DNA of 64,000 nucleotides from contig NW_021836177.1 of the NCBI RefSeq assembly GCF_006345805.1, positions 1 through 64,000 of the forward strand, given 5' to 3'. Positions 54,860 to 64,000 of the stretch are shown piece by piece (position 1 is the stretch's first letter; every line of letters starts with the position of its first letter). The position numbers and the translations under genes are program-made. Below the pieces are notes generated by a model. It made no database searches, was not told where the DNA came from, and saw only the letters and a list, made by a program, of their open reading frames with translations. This DNA is from Octopus sinensis. Taxonomy: Eukaryota.

Positions 54860-55644
54860 GTAAGTCCCCAATGGATTTGGATTATCCAAATCTGTTTCTT
54901 TAATGTTTTCAATAACGTTTGTTTTCTTGTTTTGAGTCATTCATGTCATAATCCCACCATGGGACGTCGTGCTTCAACTCTCTCTCTCTCACACTCTAAT
55001 GACACTGTAACCTACTTCATTAATTAATCATCATAATTATTATTGTTGCTGTTGTTACCTGACTAGATTCTTTACTTCATCTCATCCTTCGTTACCTCAA
55101 CGTTACAAGTTCAAATCTTTCCTTTTCTCTTTTCTTTCATCATTATAAACACACCCTCACCCCTCTCTCTTGTAATTTTCCTCTTTCCTCTGACCCTGGG
55201 CTAAATACATCATTCCCTTACAGTGTTTAGTTTGATCTCTTTATGTTCCAAGTTCAAATCCTGCCAGAGTATTTATTAACAACCTGGAGTGAAAATCTGT
55301 ACCAGTAATATCCAGGGGTTCATTTATAAATTGTCCTCCCTCTTTTCTTCCTCCTGTTTTTGTGTCTGATTGCTGTTGGGCAAAATACCTTGTGGTGTTT
55401 ATTTACCACACTTTATGTTCAGAGTTCAAATCCTGCTGAGGTCACCTTGTCCTTCCATCTTTGCTAGGCTAATAAAATACAATACCAGTCATGTACTGGG
55501 GTCCTTATAATCCACATTAACGCTTCTCCCCATCCTAAATTTCATGGCTATATAACAGTTGTTCATCATACCATATATAGATTGCCGTGTTTACTCAGGT
55601 GTGTATATATATCGTTGATCTATAATGTAGAGAGTATATTGAAT

Positions 55645-56100
55645 ATACAAGGGGGTACCCAAAAGTGGCCGGAAACGTTTCTGTAGGGCAAGGCCATTGA
55701 AGTTCAGGCTTCTGCTGCTAGAAGCCACTTGATGCGATACTCAGGCATCAGCCTGCCAAGCGGCATCTTTGAGGATGGTGCTGTTACCATGTGGTGCATC
55801 TTTGTTTTGTAGGGCTTCTCCCCTGTTCGAGTTTTGCAATGGCTGAAATGAAGGATCAGCTTGCTTCCATGAAATTCTGTTTTGTGCTGGAGAAAACTGC
55901 AGCCGAAACAGTTGTCATGCTTCAAACAGTTTACGAGGACACTGCCATGATGCCACGAGCAAAACACAAAATCACGAGTGGTTTTCATGCTTTTCGAATG
56001 GTCACTTGTCACTTGAGGTCCAACCTCATTCAGGGCAGTTCCAGCACTGCTACAAATAGTGGGAAACATGTCTGGGTCGACGCATTGCTTCAAATGTGGA
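55645..56100 (+). mobile_element. mariner-like transposon fragment
   Basis: TIR-like TACAAGGGGGTACCCAAAAG; MKDQLASMKFCFVLEKTAAETVVMLQTVYEDTAM resembles the mariner N-terminal HTH. Confidence 0.75.
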
Positions 56101-56453
56101 CTACTTTGACGGTGATAATAGTGTTAATACGTAAAACTAAGCAAAGAAAATAATATTGCAAAATTCTGGTTCCTTCTGGGTCCCCACCTCATATATATAT
56201 ATATATATATATATATTTTATATTAAAGGGTAAAATCATAAATGATTTTTACCAAGTGGTCAGCGCGGAAATATAACCACATAGGTAAATTTTTATAAAC
56301 AATTTATAATTATATACATAATTATAACAAGGGCTTGGCTTGCTCCTCACCACGTACTGAAAAATAGACATCAAAAGACACTATTGCCACCATTAATTCT
56401 CCGAGAAAAACACAGTACAAGTCTTATAATTATGTATATAATTGTATAATGTT

Positions 56454-56484
<31 letters not shown>

Positions 56485-56641
56485 ATATGTAGGATCCAAG
56501 GATTGAGACGTAGGAAGGTGAGCTTTCAGGAACAAAAGGGGTTTATTGGGGTGCAAGGTTGTTGGTTTTTCCCTTACCGCATCTTCTGTGTTTGAACATG
56601 TGCCTCCTATTGACAGTGTAAACTTCATTTAATCAAGACAC

Positions 56642-56733
56642 CCTTGGTCTGAAGAGTGGCCTGTGGTATACACCTCGTTTGGATATTTACCAGTTCTGAT
56701 GTTCCACCTGCTTTGAAACATACGTAGCCCAGA
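56642..56733 (+). ncRNA. Degenerate hammerhead-like motif
   Basis: CTGAAGA 56649-56655; GAAA-C-ATAC-G-TA 56715-56726; stem II incomplete. Confidence 0.4.
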
Positions 56734-56895
56734 TTTTATCTTAACTCATATATATATATACACACATGTATAATGTGTATTTGTGTGTATGTAATTATTG
56801 ATGTAATTAGGTTATAATGACCTAATTACATTTGTTTTCATTGGTTAATCTAATAATAATAATTGTTTTTCCTCTCCTCTTTGTATAACTTTCAG

Positions 56896-56932
56896 GCAAC
56901 AATATGGTGTGGTATCGTTGATGCTGGCCCAG
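56896..56932 (+). CDS. Ankyrin-repeat gene exon 5 (37 nt, (G)QQYGVVSLMLAQ)
   Basis: ACTTTCAG acceptor, GTTAGT donor; completes the phase-2 codon of exon 4 and continues the ankyrin helix. Confidence 0.75.
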
Positions 56933-57400
56933 GTTAGTTAACAAATACATATTATATGCTCTCTCTAGTATTCAATATTTATATCATCAAAATACCAGTG
57001 AAATTCTGGGGGCAGATTTAATCAACTGCACTGCAGCAGCCTTTAATTAGCAGGTCTTGGGTCTGTGAAGAATAATTATGTTGGTAATAACAATGATGAT
57101 AGTAGTAGTGGAGATGACAGTCCAACTGACCACCGCGGCTGATAGTACTATCTTTAATGGTCAGACAAAACAAGATCATTATGAATTCAACCCATATATA
57201 TCAGATCATATATATCATCATCAACCACTCTGCCATATGCCCGTGGGCATATGGCATAGTGGTTAATAGTTCAGGCTACTAACCCCAAGATTCCGAGTTC
57301 AGTTCTAGGCAGTGACTTGAATAATAATAATAATAATAATAATAATATTAATAATAACATTGAAAAATACCTTTGGAATGAGAACATAGGTTCGAAATTT

Positions 57401-57470
57401 CCTCAAGACACCTGACAAAGGCTGGAGGGTATATCAGCCGAAACATTGTGTTAACAACAAACAAGATGAG
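57401..57470 (+). ncRNA. Degenerate minimal hammerhead-like motif
   Basis: ACAC-CTGACAA-A-GGCTG(loop)CAGCC-GAAA-CA-TT-GTGT; G8>A and G16.2>A. Confidence 0.45.
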
Positions 57471-57807
57471 GACAAATATCCATCAAATGTCAATAATGTA
57501 AATAATGATGATGATCATCTTTTAGTGTCTGTCTCTCATGTTGTGTGTGTGTTTATGTGTAAATTGTTGGTGTCTGCATTTTATCTTGTGTCCAATAATT
57601 TATTTGGCTTCTTGGCTGCTTTTTCCCTCTGCACGTATGTATAAATGTGTGTGTGTGTGTTATATATATATATATTATAATATATATATATATATGTGTG
57701 TGTGTGTGTATGTATATAATATATGTATATATGTGTGTGTGTGTGTATGTATATATATAGTATATATGTGTGTGTGTGTGTATATATATATATATGTATA
57801 TATGTGT

Positions 57808-57856
<49 letters not shown>

Positions 57857-58399
57857 GTATATATATATGTATACCCAGAAAGAGAGTTACTCTTGTCAGA
57901 CACATTGCACATTCAGATTATGCAGCAGAGATAAGTTAAAGGTCCTTGTCCCCAGCAACAAAGCTAAATGAGAGCATGCTGCAATCAGTCCCTATTGCTT
58001 CGTTAATCCATTATCATCAGTACATGATGCATCACTTCCTTTCTCCTCTCTCCCTGCCTAACTCAACGGATTAACTACCCTTACTGTATTTGTCTACCTA
58101 ACTTATTTACCTGTATTTGTTTAACATGGCTTTGCATGAATGCCGGGATGCAACACCCTCCACTGTTGGTGGTGACAATACCTGATTAACTCCTCTTTAC
58201 AGGTATCCATACTAACACCTCTGTGCTAATGCCAGCACAACACCCATGTCCAGTGGTGTTAGCAAGCGTTACATGAATGATGCAGGATTAAATGCAAGGA
58301 CAACTGCTAATGACATGCTGGCAGGCAAATGCTAATAACAACCTTTTCAGACGCTGATAGCTGCAGCCAATGTAGACACAGCACTGTCAATGTAAGCAC

Positions 58400-59260
58400 A
58401 TGCAACAAGTATCTCGTCTTATGTGCACCCCCCCCCCCAAAAAAAACTGCCCCTAGAAGGTCTGTCAAATGAACTGAAGGGCTACTTCTATGACACTCTT
58501 CTGCTGGCCACTTCAAAGATAAATGACCATGACCTTCGTGGTTGGTGATTTCAATGGACGTGTTGGGCAGTACCCAGGTATCTTCCATGGGCTACATGGT
58601 GGGACACAGAATTGTGGGAACAAAAACCATAGCCACCATGTACACCATGGAAGTCCCCTGCGTGTTGTCCAACGTGCCCATTGAAGTCGCCAGCCACAAA
58701 GAGAAGGTCCCTGTCATTCATTGACGAGGTAGTCTGCAAGAGGGTGTCATAAAATCAGTCTTTCTGTTCATCAGGTAGCCCTGGCTGAGGGTCATAAACC
58801 GAGATAATGGTTGCTAATCCATGTTGCAGCACTAATCTAAACTTAAGTATTCCATCACAGACTCTGACTATCTCGATTACCTTATCAGCCCATTTTTCTG
58901 CCCCCGACTCCATCAGTGTTCCCTACTCAGAAAATCTTATACTTATGTTCTTTGCCTGTGAAGAACTTAGCAGAACTTCCTCTCCACCTTCTTGGATGCA
59001 GCACAAATCTACATGTCTCTGTTCAAGCATGTTAACAATATCACCAGACCTACCTTTCAGTGTGCCGACGTTGAGAGTACTAACTCTGAGGGTGTTGAAG
59101 GTATGGGTCCACGAGACCCTGGGATGGGGGACAGCAGCATCATGTACCTGAAAAGAAAGCTTGCATTTGGCAGAACCCATAAACATACAATAGTCTTCAA
59201 CCTGCAACACTACACCTACACCATCATTTTATGCACTACATCATCACTACATTACATAGG
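58400..59260 (-). mobile_element. RTE 5' (APE) fragments, partly rearranged
   Basis: LRVSTLNVGTLKGRSGDIV..DLCCIQE; DRDLLFVAGDFNGHVGQH; short inverted copy at ~58470-58600. Confidence 0.85.
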
Positions 59261-59440
59261 AGATAAACCCTATATATATATAATATATGTATTTTTTAAT
59301 AATATATTATTATTATTAATATAAGTAAATCATATCGAATTTTCACTAAGATATACCCATATGAAACACCATTTTACAATTTTAATTCAAATTTTTATAT
59401 AAAAATATCATTCGATACATTATTCAATATTCATATTTTA

Positions 59441-59532
59441 TATCTCTGAAGAGGAGAAGGGTTGTCCATAAGTGCTTATCAACATAGGACTTCATTATAG
59501 AATCAACCCTTTTGCGAAACGATTGTAAGATG
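59441..59532 (+). ncRNA. Apparently intact type-I hammerhead ribozyme, sense strand of ankyrin-gene intron 5
   Basis: Stem I TATCT/AGATG; CTGAAGA 59446-59452; stem II GGAGAAGGGTTG/CAACCCTTTTGC 11 of 12 pairs with G10.1-C11.1; GAAA 59516-59519; AC-GATT-GT; GUA site 59525-59527. Confidence 0.8.
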
Positions 59533-59829
59533 CTTAAAACTTAATTCAAAACTTTTAAACTTTCAAATTTATTTTATACATCATATTTATATTTTTTAAT
59601 ATTTATTTATTTATTTATATACATTTTTAATACATAAAGTCTTTCATATGGGTATATCTTTGTGAAAAATTCGATATTGATTTCCTTATATTAATAATAA
59701 TAATATATTATTAAAAAATATATGTATATATCGCTCATATTATATATATAAATACTTTAATAGTATTAATATTATTTTATACAATGGAACACTTAATATA
59801 AATTCAGTATATAATATTATTGAATATAT

Positions 59830-61041
59830 TGTTACGGTTGGCTAAGTGCATTTCGGGTTTAATTAGTGTAGTGTTTCTGGTGACCCACATCGTGGATATG
59901 ATTCCAGCATGTCTGGTGAAAATGTGACAGTCTTTTGTCTAATGGAGGACTAATGGGTTTTGAATGACCTGTGACCTCGTGCGGCTGAGAAGAGGGTCAG
60001 GAGAATGTGAAAGAAAAGGGACAGATTAAGGGCTGAGAGCAAATAGAGATAGAGTATAAGCAGTAAGGGACGGATGGAGAGGCTAAGAGTCTGGCAGGCG
60101 ATAGCGATAGAGTAAGAGCAGAGGGCAAATAGAAAGGATAAGCAGTAAGGGACAGATAGAGAGGCTAAGGGATTGAGGCGATATAGATAGAGTAAGGAAT
60201 CAGAGAGCAGTTAGAAAGGGTAGGAGCGATATAGACAGAGGGAGATGAGGGAGTGGAAGTCAGGACAAGGAAGTGAGGTTCTGGCAGTCGGTGAGCGGTC
60301 CTCGAAGAAGGCAGTGGGGAGTTGGTCGTCAGGAAGGACGGATCTGGGCAGTCGTTGAGCGGTCGTCGAGGAACACGGACGGACTCTGGAGGTCAGAGCG
60401 AGTGGATGGAACCTTGGATTTAAGGAACAAGCGTTGGAATTCTTAGGGGCAAGTTGGATGCGAGAAAGCTTGGCGGCACAGAAGGGAATTAGCAGTATTC
60501 AGAGGAATTAGCAGTATTGAGAGGAATGGGACACTGGCAGATTCAATTAGGAACTGAGGTATGTGATTTGTGTATTGAACAGTCAAGGACTCTGTCGATG
60601 TGGTCGATAAAGGACATTGTGAAGAAGAAGAGTAAAGGACTTGTTATTTGTGATGTTTAGAAAAAGAGACTTTAGAGAACTGTGTCTTCGGACGTGTACC
60701 TTTGAAATACTGTATATGACTTGTTGCGTCTCCGGACTGATATATTGTTACATGATGATGTATTATGTATTGAGTAGTCACGTGCATGCTTTGATGTATC
60801 TTGATGTTGTAACATTGTAATTGCTGTATAAACTGTTGTTTGAATATAAGCCAGTGTTGCCAGTTGTTGCCTTGCCTCTTTGGGTTGTATCTCGGGTTGT
60901 GCCTCTGTATCTCTGTGCTGAGGCTGGGGTTGTTGTTGTATCTGTATCTCCTCTCTCCGCCTCTTTGGGTTCCGTGGCGGAACTGGTGTGCGAGCCGTTC
61001 GGGACGAGCGACGACGGGCGATTCTGCTCCGTTCCGTAACA
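59830..61041. mobile_element. 1.2-kb solo LTR
   Basis: TGTTACGG...CCGTAACA 8-bp terminal inverted repeat, ATAT(AT) on both flanks, internal purine-rich tandem repeats at 60020-60240. Confidence 0.75.
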
Positions 61042-61622
61042 ATATATATATATATGTATTGTATCACCAATTATTATGACACGATACTGTTTACACTATA
61101 ACCTTGTAGTAACAATAAAACATATTACGGATCAGGGTAACAACAACAATCCATACACAAACCAACAAACAATGAAAACAACACCTTATGACTTCCTGCA
61201 ATTAACACCTACTCTCTCTGGTCTCTCACTCAGACTGCTACTATTCATAGTCGTTCAGTCAAGTCTGTTCTTGCATGGGTTCTTGTGACTCTCACCACAA
61301 CATGTAATCGAGTCCAGGACTTATTCTTTGTAAGCCTAGTACTTATTCTGTTGATCCTTTTTGCCAAATCGCTAGCTTACAGGGATGTAAACACACCAGC
61401 ATTGATTGTTAAGCGATGTTGGGAGGACAAACACAGACACACAAACACACACACACACACATATACGATGGGCTTCTTTCAGTTTTTGTCTACCAAATCC
61501 ACTCACAAGGCTTTGGTCAGCCCGAGATAATAGTACAAGACACTTGCTCAAGGTGCCATGCAGTGGAACTAAACCCGGAATCATGTGGTTTGTAAGCAAG
61601 CTATTTACCACAGCCACTCCTG

Positions 61623-61661
<39 letters not shown>

Positions 61662-62001
61662 AAATATATCTATATATATATATATATGTGTTTGTGTGTA
61701 TCTCACTTCCATAACATTCATGTATATGTGTGTGTATGTACAGGAATGTTAAGGATGTGGACACTAACCAACTCACCTGTTTTATGAACCCCTTATTAAT
61801 ATAGCAACATCATAATTCTTCTTTACTAGTTTTGATCTGCTAATTATATGTCACTCTTGTTCTGCTCCCCTAAATTTACTATAGTGAGAGATAAATATAG
61901 ATTAGGATGAAAACAATCTGTTTAAGACCTCTTAATAGATTATCATGTCCCTTACACATATCCCATGTACATTTTCAATTTCTATTTTTACTTCCACAAA
62001 G

Positions 62002-62217
62002 GATTCAGTGAAACTGGATATCGAGAATCATAAGAAATGACACCATTGATGGAAGCCGTTTCAGGGTTGGGGCCCACCTCGGAATAATCCATAAACTTAT
62101 TATAAATGGTGCAACATAAATGCTGTCAACAATGATGGCAATAATTGTTTGCACCTCTCAATAATAAAAAAAGAGATGTTCCATTCTGAGGTGGAACCCA
62201 TTCCCATTTTAGATGAG
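62002..62217 (+). CDS. Ankyrin-repeat gene exon 6 (homopolymer indels, net 0); gene probably continues beyond the window
   Basis: CTTCCACAAAG acceptor, GTAAGT donor, 216 nt; corrected reading DSVKLDIENHKKMTPLMEAVS..GHLGIIHKLIINGANINAVNNDGNNCLHLSIIKKEMFHSEVEPIPILDE. Confidence 0.75.
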
Positions 62218-63256
62218 GTAAGTTTTAAAAGTTGTTTGTGAATATGTGTGTGTGTGGTTGGCATTAGGAAGGGCATGCAACCGCAGAGACTATGCCAAAA
62301 CTGGCAATTGGTGCCTGAGCAGCTCTGCAGCTGCCCAGCTTCTGCCAAACTATCCAACCCATGCCAGCATAGAAAACGAATGTAAAATGATGATGAGGAG
62401 GATGTGTGTATGTGTGAATGAGAGAGAGAGAAATAGAGAAACAGGCAGACATTGTTTGCTATTTTCTTTCACTCCCATCCACTTCTCTTCCTTTAGTATT
62501 AATAATTCAGTTTCTCCTGATAGCACACTAGTTGTATTATGTAACTAACAATATTCCATCTTTTTCACCTTCAAAAGCATGGCACTCCCACTGTAAAGAA
62601 GGTAACCCATCTTATATGTGTCATGTAAACACTGCCATAACTGTATGAAGGAGAGGTGACCAACGACAGAGATAAGTCTTTAAATTTAAGAAAGAGAAAT
62701 TCACAAACTGTTTTAAATATCGAATTTCAAGTTAAACGAGTTGAACTGTGTTAATTGCTAGAAAGCATATTTCATTATTCTTTTTCAAAGAAAGGAAAAG
62801 GAAAATAAATTCGTTTATGGACAATTAAATTTAAAGAAAATATATTCATGGACTTTGAAGAAAGTTTCTTTTATCAGTATGATAATGAATATATAACTGA
62901 GTTTATTCAAAGTTGATAATTAGGGTTCCAAATATTGCCAGGGCTTGGACTTTGTGTGTATATTGACTACAGTAATACCCCTTGCAATGATTGTAATGAA
63001 GGGAGATGTGATGAGAATGAATTTACATTAAGATGTGTGCACAAAATTGTAATGCCACGAGATTGTATGTATGACGATGTAACTAGACAGATAGTCATAG
63101 AGGCCCTTTGTTACCAACAAAGATAGAAGCTCTCTGAACTTTGCCCTGCTTAATCTTATTCTAGCAGCTATGCTCTTGGCGCATCCACCTCCACTACTGA
63201 CTTGATTACCTAGATAACAGTAGCTATCACTACTCTAGGTGCATATATATATAGTG

Positions 63257-63320
<64 letters not shown>

Positions 63321-64000
63321 GTGTGTGTGTGTGTGTGTTTGTTTTGAAAGACCTCAGCATCTATCCACTGCTAGATCCGATGGTGTCTATTGTCTGTTGT
63401 TGCAGAATTTAAGCAACTCTTTGATTCCCAAATATGTGTGACTGTATTTCAGACAGTTAATGGTCACCTATGTATTGTTGTAATGTCTTCTTTGGTGAGA
63501 AGAAGCTACTCTAGCAGTCAACGACCCATTATTATAGGAATTGTCTATCAGACTAACAGTTTCAACAATTTCTTGACTATAATCTGTTGGTGTGTTGCCT
63601 CAACCACTACACCAATCCTTACTTCCTTTACTTCACTTCATCAGCCAAAAATGTTTCTTTATAAATTTTGGAAACATTATTGATATGCTTGGATATGTCT
63701 GTCTGGTGTTGGTTTTGTTGCTGTGTCTGAAGAAATTATTATGTTCTTGGTGTTCTCTGTTCATTGTTTGTTGTTATGGAAATGAGTTGTACTTTGTGAC
63801 CAGTGAAACGTTTCCCAATCAATATTTGGATTATCGAAATTACCAGTAGGAAAATATGGGTGACTGCTTTCATAGATGCAGATCTGAAGATGTCAAAAAT
63901 CTGAGTTTTGATGGCAGTTTTGCAGATGGTAAACAAATTCAAGTAGGAGTATATATGTTGCTAAAAAATACTACTCTTGTTGCGACCAGTTTAAATCTCC

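Noticed and set aside
46742-62217. Naming the ankyrin gene as MIB2/mind bomb
   Set aside because: Only ankyrin repeats are visible; no MIB/HERC2, ZZ or RING domain in the window, so no symbol was assigned
63350-64000. Possible minus-strand non-LTR ORF2 C-terminal fragment (PNIDWETFH...)
   Set aside because: Too degenerate for a confident call without a profile search

Overview
AT-rich, microsatellite-saturated metazoan genomic DNA, most likely octopus/cephalopod. That assignment is inferred from the SINE families, the zinc-finger style and the (TA)n/(CA)n load; no database was searched. Two host loci are present. (1) A C2H2 zinc-finger array at ~6984-8360 (+), frameshifted and partly degenerate. 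(2) A six-exon, 3'-incomplete ankyrin-repeat gene at 46742-62217 (+), whose 4th exon is ~18.5 near-identical 102-bp repeats. The rest is transposon debris: two near-full-length and several partial RTE LINEs (each ORF2 that covers the region has a PHD-like C4HC3 finger), CR1-like and RLE-type LINE fragments, Helitrons (a PIF1 helicase remnant and non-autonomous elements, some nested), Tc1/mariner fragments, piggyBac-type and foldback MITEs, two solo LTRs and several tRNA-derived SINE families. The most notable signal is a set of nine type-I hammerhead-ribozyme-like motifs in about four sequence families, all folded by eye. They include an inverted pair at 11327-11686 and an apparently intact sense-strand copy in an ankyrin-gene intron (59441-59532). 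Their tiny, self-complementary stem III and inverted-repeat context match Penelope-like-element/retrozyme hammerheads, but no Penelope RT or GIY-YIG ORF was recognised in the window. Most short ORFs in the supplied track are microsatellite artefacts. Small-repeat coordinates may be off by a few bases.
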